Assembly: GCF_000143415.4 (NCBI RefSeq)
Contig: NW_003314269.1
Location: 1,433,544 to 1,497,543, forward strand
From: Selaginella moellendorffii
Lineage: Eukaryota; Plantae; Lycopodiophyta
Reading direction: 5' to 3'
Length of the DNA: 64,000 bases
Part shown: piece after piece, positions 48,813-62,129 of the stretch
How positions within the stretch are numbered: position 1 is the stretch's first letter
How the letters are laid out: each line of letters opens with the position of its first letter
Position numbers and translations under genes: made by a program
Notes under the pieces: generated by a model
What the model was told of the DNA's origin: nothing
Databases searched by the model: none
What the model saw: the letters and a program-made list of their open reading frames with translations, nothing else

Positions 48813-51032
48813 CATTTAATTCCTTCAGAGAGGAATTCCCAGATAGCATTTTTCATCATTGCCATCTGCCAAGAGAGTTGAACCTCGTACTACCTCCTCA
48901 GAAGCAGAACGAGCTAACGGCAGCTCAACGTTGGTGTTAACAAAATTTTGGTAAGTTAAAAAGAAGGAAAAATCCAACTCACCATCTATTTATTTTTTTT
49001 TGTAGAAAACTCGAGACGAGAGATTTTTCAAAAGGCTAAAATGCGAGCTCACGGGACTGGAGGTCAAAGGCAGTCCTCTTTTTCCTTCCCTAGAAGCCTG
49101 ACGTTGCAATCGTTTACTGGCAGGGGGATCATGTACACGTTTTCCGCGGAGCGATCCTTGTATATGTTCTATGCGGGTGCGTACTTTGTTCTTCGAATCA
49201 TCACTGGAGGTGCTGCTGCTCAAGCGGACCTCTGTTGGTATCTTCTTTTGAACAAGGGATGAGACTGCTCCATACCATATGATAGGTGCAGGGGGATTTG
49301 CAGCCATATGGTCCAAAGTGAGTTGTCGAGAATGGATCCTCAAAGACCTGAGAAAGGCCAAGGACCTCGTGAACTTGGTCAAACGTTCGAAAGACCAAGG
49401 ATCCTCGCGATCAGTAGCACGAAAGAGTGGATCCACCGCGACCTTGTTTCCGCGTATGGTGAGCACTGGCGAGAAGAGCTGAAGGTGGCAGGACCTTCTT
49501 TCTGCTGGCACTCAGCTGCGATCCAAGAAATACCCCGACTCCCGCTGTATCCAGATGGCCAGGATTAGCAGCGAGCAAACCCGAAGATGTAATATATTAT
49601 ATTATTTTTCCAAAACTAATTAAGAATGCTGCGCTTGCAGTGAAGAGCTAATCTGAATCTCTTGAGACGCTGCTGCCACTCTCGCCACCGCCGCGGCTCC
49701 TCTGCTTGAGCTTCGCACACCCTGGACCGCGCTCGCACTCACAGCTCGTAGTCCCGAGATGGTAAACTCCGGTGATTGAAATTTTTTTCACAAACGTGGG
49801 CAAGTGACGTGGCAATCTTGGCTATGTGGCAAGTATTGATGTGCCACATCACTTGCCACATACACGCTCTCCCCTCGCGACGGAGCTGAGGTAGGCGGTC
49901 TCTTCTCGCGCTCATCTTACAAGGCTCCCGTCTTCAAGCCGGGATCTCAAGAAGCTCTTCGCGCTGCTGATATTACGGCTCAAATATTCCAGCGAGCTGG
50001 ATCCCGTCGCTTCCGAGATCACGCTTGTGCCACGGAGCTAGAATCGTCAGAACTGGTAAGCTTTTCTTCTCGAAAAAAGATTATACGAAAGAGAGAAAGA
50101 ACTCAGTTTTCTTCACAGGTCTTTGACGAATTGATTGGAGCCTTTAGTCTTTAGCCGGGAAATGGTGATGCGCCGAGAATTCATGGTCCCATACATGCTA
50201 CTGTTTCCAAGGTTCTTCGGTGTCTCAACTTGTTTCGCTTTTTCTTCGGGCTTTTTATTCCAGGCTACCAGAGCGTTTGATAGTGAGGATGAAAGAGACA
50301 TTCATCCCAAAGGTATTTTTCTGCTAGATTGTTTGGCTGGCGGGGCTTAATCTTTTTTTACTCAAGGTTTTGAAGCACCTCACCGAGTCGGATGGAGTTC
50401 TTCTCCTATACTGAAGCATTGGCTTCTATAGTTCAAATGGAGTTTGTCCCTCTCGTTGGGACTTCTGACCGAGCTAGATCTAACTGTATGTAGCTAACAC
50501 TTTATGCTTTCTCGGTTTCCAGGAGCTGTTCAATCCATCGTTCAATTTCTTCGCAAGCAAGAGGCCCGAAGTGCAGCGGTAACAATGTTGGGGAGGACTG
50601 TGGAGCTTTGCCTACAACAGGTAGAATTAACATATGATAAATCCAGGTTTTTACATTTCTTTCCTTTTCTTCTAGCTTGTGACCTTACGACACTCACAGA
50701 CTTGTGGGCTGCTGTTCACAACATCACCGAGGGGCATTTTGTGTAAGGAATGGGGGGAACATAAAAACTTTTCTGACTTTGTGACAGATTAAGCATGGGA
50801 TGGAATCTCAGTCCTACTTCAGTTGTGTCTGCACCAAGGCCAGTCTATGAAACTCTAATGACACAGTCAGGCAAGAGCACTTAAAGTTCTTGTTGTAATC
50901 TCTTATCTCTTGAACAGGACTTTATGCCATGGACTCCTTTCATGGGGGATGATATTATATTATAATCAAAAAACTTATTTATATTTTATATATTTTTACA
51001 AAACAAATTGAGGTAATAAAATCTTTTTTTTT

Positions 51033-53150
51033 TGTGAGTGCTTCAGATATATAAATATGAATGGATGGACCAGATTCAATCCTAAATAGACAGTCCATAT
51101 GCTTTAACACTACTATAATTAGTGTATTACTTAGGTAAGATAATATATGTATATACATGTATGTATTTACAAACTTTACACTATCTTCTCCTTCGGAAGA
51201 TGAAAAGGTGATGATAATAAGTCAGGTGAAACATCAGGTAATTATAAATTACCACAAAAATTTGAAGCCCTCACAAAACTACCAATAAAATTGATGATAA
51301 CTATGATTGAAATAAAACCCAAAGCCATGGCTTAAGCATCAACTGATTATGGAATCTCGGTAAACCAGTTGTAACTCCAAATACAACTTTCAAATACTCA
51401 AACCAACCATACAACCATAACTTTGAAATGAAATAAAGGACTTTAAAAGTTACTATAGATTATAAAGCACTATTGTAGTAAATAATACATCTCGTCTTTA
51501 AATTTGCATGTCTACAATCTTCCAAGACCACCATTAACTTAGACTTAAAACCATAAGTAAAACCATCATCTTTGTTTAACACCATATATGGAAGGTTGGA
51601 CTCACTTTATTAATCCTTCACATCTTTTTTATCCCCTTCTTGAAAAAAAAAAGTTTTGAAGCACTAATTTTATTCAAACTCATTGCATTCATCCCCACTC
51701 CACCATCTATGTTTAGCCTCACTCCATTATTGTATTTATTCAGCCTCACTACATTGGGGCCGAATGTTCCATTTGTATTAACTATGCTCGTCCTCACTTT
51801 ATAATTTATGTCATTTGTCCTCGCTTCATTACTATATTCACTCATCCTCACTCCATCGTCATGGCCAGACTCCCATTTGTCCCCTCTACCCCCTCCTCTA
51901 AAGAAATTTCTTTTTTAAGTGTTGAGGCAAAAAGGAGAATATGAGAAAAATTGAGGATATGGAAGGAAAAAAAGTGGATAAAGAAGTATCAGAAGAGGAA
52001 TTTGCAGCAACTAGCAATGCAAAAATGGGGAAATTAAAAGGACATATGCTCAAAGCTTGGAAAAATACTTTAGATACCACAATATAAGGAAAAGATTCAC
52101 ACTGCTTAACCTTTTCAATATACAACTCAACACTTGAGATGAGAAAATTAATAATAACGTCCACACTCTCAAAGAAGTACATAAACTTCTCGTCACAAGA
52201 GAAACTAAATAACAAACTTCACTTAATTGCTTTCCGTAAGAACTGAATTATCCTTTTTTGGCACACCTCTTTTAACATAGTGTTCATAGCAAATGTAAGT
52301 GATCTTGAAAGTATACAATTGTCAGCAACAATAAAGGAAAAGCTTTTAGCGGCACTCACAACAAGGAACATGCATTCAATGTGAAACTTTAGCCAAAGTA
52401 ATTCAACTTTTGGAACAAGGGAATACTCAACACTAGAATTGATCAAAAACTTTGTTAATGAAAGAAAGGCAAGATTCTCAACTTTATGGATACATTCAGA
52501 CAGAAAACATTTGACTCAACATTAGACTCAAAATGAGAATCATGAGAGTCACAAATGATTGACATGCCAGGAGAAGAAAACATTGCAAATGAGGAAGAAA
52601 TACTAGGAACATGAGAAGGTGGTTCAAGCCAAGAAATAAAAAAAGTTGGGAAAAAGCAAAAGGGAAAGAAAAAGGATCAAATGGCAAATTGAAAAATTGA
52701 TACTTACCCCATGAAATCTCCATTTCATCTATCTCTATAATAATTAAGGTCATCATCACACTTTGGAATCCACTCAAGCTCGTACACATTGTCTTCCCAT
52801 AATCTTGATCTTCGAACATTCTCCAAAAATTAAATTTAAGCATAACAATAGCTAAAATTCTAGATCTTACTTTAAGCTAATACAAATCTAGATCTAAAAG
52901 ATAATGAAGAAATACAAATTAAAAAGCACAATCCCAAACACTAAAGTAAAGCACTGCCAAAAAGCTTTGCCCTTTAAGGACAAATTATCATGCCCCTCAT
53001 TTTCACAAATATGAGTGCTCAGGATATAAGAATAGGTATATTAATTAAGGTTTAAACCCCTATTTATATACAATAATGGATAGACTAAATTCAATCCTAA
53101 ATAGACAGTCCATATGCTTTAGTACTATAATTAGCATATTACCTAGCTTA
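51033..53150 (-). mobile_element. Internally deleted, degenerate relative of the 26.7-kb gypsy element
   Basis: Direct repeats attcaatcctaaatagacagtccatatgcttta at ~51074 and ~53088; LTR start tgtgagtgc at 51033 and tatgagtgc at ~53010; catgcccctcattttcacaaa matches the PBS junction at 31501-31521. Confidence 0.65.
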
Positions 53151-56100
53151 TATTTTTTAATTTATACCTATTAAGAATAAAAAAATTATATAATAAATTT
53201 AAGTTACTTAAACTAGCTACATATTTTAATAGGTTTAACTTTAACTAAATCTATAGAAAACATTACATGAATATCAATTATGAAACAAGATATAAATTGC
53301 TGTGCATTTCATGCAGTAACACCTGGTTTTCTTAATCCTATTTATTAATCCAATTAATCAAATGGAAGTTTATAATTATAAACATGTCCATAAATTATAA
53401 ACACAATTGAATATCCACTATTAGATGGTAGAATAAACTGAATATACTAGAAAGTGTTTAGTAAAATTTATAAATTATAATCATTTTTATAAATATTAAA
53501 TACAAGATTAATCTAAATGAATAATAGGTAGAATATTCTAGAATATTTAAGCATATTCTAGGTATATCCATTACCATCCCACTCCTTAACTTAAGCAAAC
53601 CACCAATATTCTGACTATATTTTAAAAGTCTTAACTTATTGATAAATATGATAATTCAATTTAGAAGATGATCTTATTTGAACAAGATTTGGGTAAGTTA
53701 TTTATAAAAGGCTAAAAAGGCAACTGTTCATGACAAATTGACTTTTTTATGCTTTAAATATAAAATGAGCTTAAGTTGTCAAATTTTGTATATTTGAGTT
53801 GAAAAAACACATCTATCATCTTTCTTTATCTTAATTATCATAAATCATTTATATTAGGCCAATAGCTGAAATTCAAAATATGAAAAGTGCTGTCAAGGAT
53901 CATGACGTGGAAAGTTTTAGCCAAGACTTCTACATTCTGAGTTGCTCAAATGGCAAAAGCCATATGGTATATTCTTAATGTGCATGTCCATCTCAAAAGT
54001 TCATTTCTGATCATGATCCATCCAGGGAAGAGATTTGTTTTCTGGTGGGGAACTGGGCCAAAGATCAGTCTTTGAGCCCGAGATAGTAAGGGAGGTTTTG
54101 TCTAAGAAGTTTTCTCAATTTCATAAATTAGAGGTGGTGATGTGGTTGGCAAAGTTGTTCCTTGGTAATGGATTGGTTTCTGTGGGGATGGTCTAAAGCT
54201 GAGTTGAGGTTAACTCAACATAAGTCAATGTAAATCAATATAGTCAACCATAACTCTTACAAAGAAAATCTATGTTAGAAAAATTAAGGTTTTGACAAAC
54301 TTTAAAATATTAAAATATGTAAACACCTAGGTCAAAAGTTTCTGAGTTATTTAAAAAAGACAAAGTTCATGAAAACCTATTTATTTTCTTATTACAGTTT
54401 GATTTTCTTGCAATTCATTAAAAAACCTAAATATGAATCAAAATAAATTTGTTTGAAGGGTAGCCATTAATAGTGTATATTGGTCAAGGCAATATACTAT
54501 TCATTCATTCTAGGGTTCTTAAGTAAAATAAAAATTCTGTAAGTAAGAGTTATAGGGCGAAAATGTTAATTTTGTTTCATTGCCACAATCTTTTAGTCTT
54601 TATTACCCATTTGGGAATGTAAAAAACATTGTCGTTATTGATAAAAATACTCAAGTTACTTTCAAAACAATAGTCTAGAACAAAATAAATGAAAAAATAA
54701 ACATAGCAAGAAAAAACTAACAAATCTACTCTATAGAGCTTTCTATAGCATTTATATTTTATATATTAATTCATATTAAAAAACTCCACTTGCTTGCCTA
54801 TAGTGCAATCCTCCTATATGAAAAGACCAAGGTATATTTTTGGGCACTAAGATTTTTCAAGAGTCGTTTATAATAATAGAAATCAAAATCTTTTGAAAGA
54901 TTCAAAAGTAATATCACATCAAAAAGTCAAGTTTATCTATATTTCGAAGATTGAAATGTAATCTCACATGAGAGAATGCATGTGGGCTTACATGCTTGTG
55001 TGCTCTACTATTATTATATGGTCTATATTTCTATGTAGTCTATTTTTCTAGAAAGTTGGCATAATTGTAAAATAGAATATATATATATAGTGGAACAGAT
55101 GGTTATTAGAATGATAAATATTCTAGTATGTGTATCTAGAATTCTAGAAGCTCTTCTTTTCACAAGTAGACTATGATTATGAAATCTCATTTATGAGATT
55201 GACATTTCAAGAATTTGAGTATTATTATTGTCATAATAAATAAACCTCATTCCCAAGACTAAAAATTAATATATAAATTGCCAAGAAAAGTTAGTCATTA
55301 TAGTATGTTTATTATTCTTATTCTCCTTGGAAAGCTAAAAAGCTTAATATAGGAATAGCTCAAAGGAAAGTCACTATTACTCGTACTTGGGTCCTTAGCA
55401 TCTCATATCACTTTCCACCTCCATCCCCAAGTAATATTAATATTCCACCTTCATCTCTACTGTAACCACATTACAATCCTCTTTTTATGAGGGCTCTTGT
55501 GAAGTCAAACTAATGCAAAATTTTGAATATTATTATTAGAGAGGGATTACCTCAAATGCTTCAAGAGCAGTGCTACATGTTTTTGCAAGATCTTGCTCTG
55601 GGTATGGCAAGACTACTTGACAGTACAAAATATTATTATATTCAATATTTAATATGCTAGTCTTTTTTGGACAAGACAAATGTCTTTATAGGTTTACAAA
55701 CTTTTCTTGAGCACTATAGCAATTACCCAACAATGGGTCTAAAAAGTGTGGATGTACAACAGATTCAAGAAAAATTTATGAATCTATACCCAGAATATAG
55801 GCTTTTTAAGGTATCTTATAGTGGAATGTAAGATCTAGAATTTCTTTACTATACTATCGTATTGTACTTTTAAAAGAATATATATATAAGGAAATGATAT
55901 TAGTTGTAGGGAGCATACTCACTAGAATATCTATATTATATTCCTACCTATACTATCTGCACTATAAAATGATCATAACAAATAAGGTATTAGAAGTGAA
56001 GAATTCAATTTAGGTATGGCTTGAAAGAAGAAAATGTGTAAACTCTCCTGCCAGCCTCCAATATTGCTCAACAATCATCCTTCATATCCCCATTCCTCCC

Positions 56101-56879
56101 TTGGCATTATTAATTTTGAATTATCCCTTCATTCTAACCTCTTCATAGAAATAGATTTCCAATATATCATTTTTTAGATGTGGATGACAAAGTCAATGAT
56201 AGGGAGTCTCCTCAACTTAAAGTCTACTACACCCAATCCATAGAAGAGTTCACTTTTGATTTAGTGGGAACTAATGAACACATTGAGAATTTGATTCTAA
56301 GATGCCTAATATGCTTTTTTTTCTTGGGTTTGGGCTTTTATAGTTTTCTTGAGCACTACCGCAACTACTACATAAATGGTATTATCACTTTATATATAAT
56401 TGTTGACAAGATAATGAAGGATGAGACAATAACACACAAGCATTACAAACTGATGGTTGCATGGGAAAATACCAATTTGCAATTATGATATATGATATTA
56501 ATATTGATAATTAACAATGACACTATTACTAAAATTTTATTATATGACAGGATTTTCTTTTCAAGTAAGGATTTATTCAACTTTTTTCTATCTCATCATC
56601 AACATTTATGCCTCCTTCTATATTGGGATTGTGCTCACTTTGCATTTGCTGAGCCATAGCTTTTGCATACTTTGGGAGACTTTTAAAACCTCTAACTTTA
56701 AAAATTCCAAGTGACTGTGATCTATAAAATAAAACTAAATATGTATTGAAATTTTAATAAACATAATTTACCTCCTTGAGGTTAGAGGCAGCTCTAACCC
56801 AGTTTTTGAAGAAATGATATTTTTCAATAACAAATACCGATCTACCAAAGTCATATACTACTTTTACTATAGAACCATT

Positions 56880-58100
56880 ACTTATGCAATCAATCACAAT
56901 ACTATCTAGTGGGTAGTAGAGTTCAAACAAGATTTGTATTGTTGATGGAGTTCAAAATCAATACCTAGGAAACATCTACTCAACCACAAGATTAGGTATG
57001 ATGCAGTGGCATTGTTGTACCCAAGCACAACATGTGCTACACACTTGCTATATAAAAACTTGCTATTGTGTTTTTGTAGAAGGTATGTTAGATCCACATT
57101 ATAACCTAGAAAATAAATATTTGCCTTGGACACTCTTAGTATCAACACCAATAAGATTCATAATGCATTTGGAAGAGAATGACTTAAAACAAACTTGCAC
57201 TACACACATCATAAGCTCATATACTCAATTGGGTTGTTCAGCAAGATGAAGATGACATAGCTAACTTTGAGCAGAAAGGCTTTCAACAAGGAGAACATAT
57301 CACACATGTTGAGAAAGTTCTAGTTTTTAAATTTCCCATCAATATTTAAAAGATTATCCAGAAAGTTGGAGGGAATGAAGTTTGCAACTAGGAGCAATGG
57401 CCTTTATATCTTTTAGCACCAACAGTCAAATTGACACCTTATATCCACGAGAGGAATAAATGATAGTATAACTCTTGATATTCACAACTAAAATAATAAA
57501 ACACCTCTTCATATGGTTGTCTTAACATGAATATTACACAATATGGTCAACCCCAAAACACTACTAAGACTCTCTAAATTGCATCAATGTCCACAAACAA
57601 AAGTTCCAAAAGGACTAATATATACATGATAGAATATACCTAACTTGAGTGGCTTAGAAATGTTGGGATTTACATGTGTCAGCAAGTTTCTGATGCAAAT
57701 ATTAAACCAACTAGCTGATTCCACTTGTAATCAATACATCTTCAACACCTCATTTAACATAGCAACCCCACCAACATATCCCCAAAAAGACCATTAAATG
57801 TTAGTTGAATAGTGGTTTGCATGCCTGTGATATGTAAAAAACATTAAGAGATGTGGGATCTATGAGTGAGCATATCGTGAGAATGGTGTTGGACAAATAA
57901 ATTGATGAAGCACTTTGAGCCACAATCCAATTCTACATCAAGTGCTACATGCCTGTGTGATCTTGAGCAAGCCTCTTGGTCAGCTCAGACTCAAATCTAC
58001 AAGAAAAACAATCACTCTTCCATGTCAATAGATCAACAAAAACTCATACTTACAAGAGAATCTATGGTAGAAGAGAGGTATCTTTGAGGCTTATACAATA
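56880..58100 (-). mobile_element. Probable Ty1/copia relic
   Basis: SKFLYSKCVAHVVLGY..ASY resembles the copia post-integrase KL..KS.KC.FLGY motif; CFGVDH knuckle-like remnant at ~57545-57560. Confidence 0.35.
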
Positions 58101-58248
58101 ATCAACCCAAGCTAATCTTATTTATATTCCACAGGAAACTTTATTTTGATTAAAAATAAAGAAGAAATAACACATTATGGTACAAGAGGAAGGAGGGAAA
58201 GTCAAAATTACTGCAACAAAGGAATCAGCAATATTCCCAAGGTGACCT

Positions 58249-58950
58249 CTATTGCAAACCATAACCTTTGTAATAACCCCCCGACTGACAGCCAGCCTCG
58301 ATCAAGTGCTTGTCTTCCAAGTCATATACTACTAACATTCTGCCCAACATACTGTCGTACTCATTACTTTGCCAAATGCATATGTATCGGCCACCTGAGT
58401 TTGCATAAAAGAAATCATAGCCCAAGCGTGTTGTTCCGTGACAATAACTGAGATGTGAATCCAGGCTTTGCCATTCGTCTTGTTCCCACCATAAAACCTC
58501 AAATGTTGACTTAACATGTACTTTCGAGTTCAAAACTATGGCAAAGGTTTTTCCCTTGTAGACATGGAAGCCCACCCAGTTCCGGTGGTACTGCCACGGT
58601 GTCAGAGAGAAAGGATCACTCATGGGAGATGCATTGGTGTGCTTGAATCTGGAAACGGCATCATCAGTTGTGGAATCAAGATGTTCCCATGAACCTGTGA
58701 CAGAAGAGAAGAGCCACTTTTGATTCTTCAAGATGAATGCTTCAACCCCTTGCTCTGCGTCCATCTGCACCTCAAACTCATCTTGTGGCCACCCCTTAGT
58801 CCCGGGAGCTAGGCGTTTTCACAAGCTCCAGCGGGATTCTCAGGCGCTGTCCATCACAGGGGCTCCATGCCAAGACGTCGGTCAACAAGCACCCACGTCT
58901 TGCTGCTTGACAACTCCTGTTCTATGCTTTGCACCAGTTTCATTCTATCC
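58249..58950 (-). pseudogene. F-box-associated beta-propeller-like fragment
   Basis: WLFSSVTGSW, WEQDEWQ, LVVYDLEDK are kelch/FBA-like ends; upstream in-frame stops. Confidence 0.3.
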
Positions 58951-59133
58951 ACCTCCTCCACGTCTTGTATCTCTTGTAACCCTAATTTTCTGAACAACCC
59001 CCCTTTTTCTCGATCATACAGTAAAAGGATGTCTTGAGAATATTCATTAATTTATTTTAACACAATAAAATCAATATAATTTAAAAACGAAACGAATAAG
59101 AGTTAAAATTCCTATTATTCGAAATTTTCATTT

Positions 59134-60600
59134 TCATGGCTTCCTGACCTCCCCAGACTTGGTCACGAACCTGGCTGCGCTCCTCATGGTCACAAACTCC
59201 TCCGCAGCGGTGGGATGAATCCCCACCGTGGAGTCGAACTGCGCCTTGGTGGCGCCGCCCTTGAGCGCCACACCAATCCCCTGCATGATCTCGGGGGCGT
59301 CCGGCCCACACATCGCAACCCCCAGCACTCGATCATCGCCCGTGTCCACCAGCAGCTTCATCACCGACTTCTCCTGCCTCCCGGATATGGTGTTCTTCAT
59401 GGGCGTGAAGCTGGAGCTATACACCGCCACCTCCCCCTTGGCGGCCTTCACCGCCTCCTCCTCGGACAGCCCCACCACCGCCAGCGGCGGCTGGCAAAAC
59501 ACCGCCCGCGCAACGTTCTCGTGGTCGGGCTTGGTCGCCTGCCCGCCAAACGCCGTCTTTGCGAAGCACGTCCCCTCCATGAGTGCCACCGGCGTGAGAT
59601 TGATCCTGTTGGTCACGTCCCCGATCGCCCAGATGCTGGGAACGCTGCTGCGCGAGTACTCGTCCACCTTGATCGCTCCCGACTTGTCCAGCTCCACGCC
59701 CAGCTCCTCCAGATTCAAGCCGCTCGTCTTGGGCTTCCTCCCCACCGCGAAGAGCACCGCGTCGGTTATGATCTCGCCACCGTTGTCAATCGAGACCTTG
59801 AGCTCGCCGCCAACTTTCTCGATCTTGGTCACGTTGGTATCCGGGCGGAGATGGACGCCCCGGTTCTCCAAGTTCCTGGCCACCACGGCGCGCATCTCGT
59901 CGTCGAATCCACGCAGCGGCGTCTTCTTCCTGAAGAGGAGCTCCACTTTGCTCCCCATCCCGGAGTAGATCCCCGCGAACTCCACCGCGATGTAGCCGCC
60001 GCCGACGATCACGCAGCGCCGCGGGAGCTCGTCCAGATTGAGCCCCTCGTCCGAGGTGATGGCCAGCTCCTTCCCCGGGACGTTCAAGCGGACCGCGCGG
60101 CTCCCAGTCGCGACGAGGATGTGCTTGGCGCGGTACCTCTTGCTGGAGCCATCGCTGTGAGAGACCTCCACAGTGTGATCATCCACCAAGCTCGCTCTTC
60201 CCTCGAGGATCGTCACCCCGGACCCGGTGAGCAGCCTCTTGTAGATCCCGTTGAGCCTCTCGATCTCTCTGTCCTTGTTGGCGATCAATCGCTTCCACTC
60301 GAAGGTGATGCCGTCGGGGACGTTCCAGCCAAAGTTCTTGGAGTCCTGGAACTCGGCGCTAAACATGGAGGCGTAGACGAGGATCTTCTTGGGGACGCAG
60401 CCGCGGATGACGCACGTCCCTCCCACGCCGCCGGCGCTCTCCGAGCTTACGTGCGCGAATGGGAGCTCAACCACGGCTACCTTGGCGCCGAAATTCGCCG
60501 CGGTGCGGGACGCGCGGACTCCGCCGCTACCAGCGCCGATGGTGAAGAGATCGAAATCAAACGCCTCCTCCGGCGCCGCGGTGGCGCCATTCTCTGCCAT
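59134..60600 (-). CDS. GR: Glutathione reductase, cytosolic type, intronless
   Basis: [69 protein letters not shown]; uninterrupted 488-aa ORF; no transit peptide. Confidence 0.97.
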   Translation of the reverse strand: MAENGATAAPEEAFDFDLFTIGAGSGGVRASRTAANFGAKVAVVELPFAHVSSESAGGVGGTCVIRGCVPKKILVYASMFSAEFQDSKNFGWNVPDGITFEWKRLIANKDREIERLNGIYKRLLTGSGVTILEGRASLVDDHTVEVSHSDGSSKRYRAKHILVATGSRAVRLNVPGKELAITSDEGLNLDELPRRCVIVGGGYIAVEFAGIYSGMGSKVELLFRKKTPLRGFDDEMRAVVARNLENRGVHLRPDTNVTKIEKVGGELKVSIDNGGEIITDAVLFAVGRKPKTSGLNLEELGVELDKSGAIKVDEYSRSSVPSIWAIGDVTNRINLTPVALMEGTCFAKTAFGGQATKPDHENVARAVFCQPPLAVVGLSEEEAVKAAKGEVAVYSSSFTPMKNTISGRQEKSVMKLLVDTGDDRVLGVAMCGPDAPEIMQGIGVALKGGATKAQFDSTVGIHPTAAEEFVTMRSAARFVTKSGEVRKP

Positions 60601-60984
60601 GGCGATCGATCTTCCTGCAAGGCAACGGATTTTGCTTCCGGAGATTGGCGCAATCGATCACTCACCTGGTCAGATTTCGAGAATAGGAAGAATGTAGGGC
60701 GCCCTACACCCAAAAAGAAGGAAACCTAAACTAAATGTAAGAGGGATATTCGCCGAATCGCCATGCGTCAAATATTCGTGGCTGGACATTTTCGATTGGG
60801 GACAAATTATTGGAAATCACATGGATGTTTCTCCAGTAGAAACATGGCCGCTTCGTAGCGCTCCAAATGTACGATACTTTTTCCCCCGCGACGTCATTTT
60901 CACGTGTGTGATATTTTTTTAAAAACTTCCCGGGCGAAGAGAGTTTGACTCGATCGAAGATCGTGGCACGAGCTCTTCCTAGAG

Positions 60985-61000
60985 TTCGTGCGCGCAAGAT
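60985..61000 (-). promoter_or_regulatory. Root hair element (RHE)
   Basis: Minus strand ATCTTGCGCGCACGAA fits the consensus WHHDTGNNN(N)KCACGWH; 54 bp upstream of the expansin ATG. Confidence 0.7.
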
Positions 61001-61053
61001 CGAGAAGTGCTGCGATCGATTTCTATTAGGGTTCTACACGAAATCGATCGTTG

Positions 61054-61974
61054 ATGATGAGGAGTGTGATCGCGTGTCTTCTTCTCTGCGCCACTCTTCT
61101 CGTGTCTGTGGATCATGGGAGAGCGGCATCGCCCAAAAGCTTGAAGAAGCGGGCCACGAACGCCGCGAAGGATATCTACAACGCCGGCGGGTGGAAGCAG
61201 GCGTTCGCGACGTTCTATGGCGATGAAACAGCGAGGGAGACAATGGGTAAAGAAGAAACTTTCGAGATCATATTTAAATTTGCGCAGGTGGAGCTTGCGG
61301 CTATGGCAATTTGTACCAATCCGGCTATGGATTGATGACGGCGGCGCTGAGCAGTACGCTCTTCAACAGCGGCTATGGCTGCGGGCAGTGCTACGAGATC
61401 ACTTGCACGCTATCGAAGCACTGCTACTTCGGAAAATCCGTGGTGGTGACCGCCACAAATCTTTGCCCGCCCAATTGGAGCAAGCCCTCGAACAATGGCG
61501 GCTGGTGCAATCCACCGCGCGTCCATTTCGACATGTCCAAGCCGGCATTCATGAAAATCGCGTTTTGGCGGGCGGGAATCATCCCAGTCTCCTATCGAAG
61601 GTGAGAGAAGAAAAACGCGCGAGATTTTAGGGTTCTTCAGCTAAAAGTTTGAAAACTTTCCTGCCAGGGTGCCATGCGCGCGATCCGGCGGCATGAATTT
61701 CAAGCTGAGCGGCAATCGCTGGTGGCTCATGGTGTTCATCACAAATGTGGGCGGCTCCGGCGATATCAAGGCGGTGTCGGTGAAGGGATCGAGGACGGGA
61801 TGGATCGCCATGACGCGGAATTGGGGCGTAGGGTTCCAAGTTTTCAAGCAGCTCCAGGGCCAAAGTCTCTCGTTCATGGTCACTTGCTACAGTACCGGCA
61901 AGACCACCGTGCACAACAATGTGGCGCCCGCGAATTGGCAGCTCGGCAGCACCTATTCCGCCAAGCAATTGTGA
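61054..61974 (+). CDS. EXPA7: Alpha-expansin of the EXPA7/EXPA18 root-hair clade, 3 exons
   Basis: [13 protein letters not shown]|[55 protein letters not shown]; introns at 61247-61287 and ~61601-61668. Confidence 0.9.
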
Positions 61975-62129
61975 GAAGTTTTGAAAGAATAGGGGGCAAT
62001 TTCTCAAGAACCCTAAGTTTTCATTTTTCGCGATTTTAGGGTTTTTGGAAAGACAATGTGGATTTGCCCCTGGGAGCCATCCTACCACTACGGTCGCATT
62101 TGAGGCTCTAGGTTTGTGGGGAGTGGGAA

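Noticed and set aside
51690-51860. Degenerate ~25-bp repeats containing CCTCAC
   Set aside because: They lie inside the decayed LTR element and are too degenerate to interpret.
59215-60729. 504-aa ORF antisense to glutathione reductase
   Set aside because: Shadow ORF caused by high GC3 codon usage; no recognisable domain.
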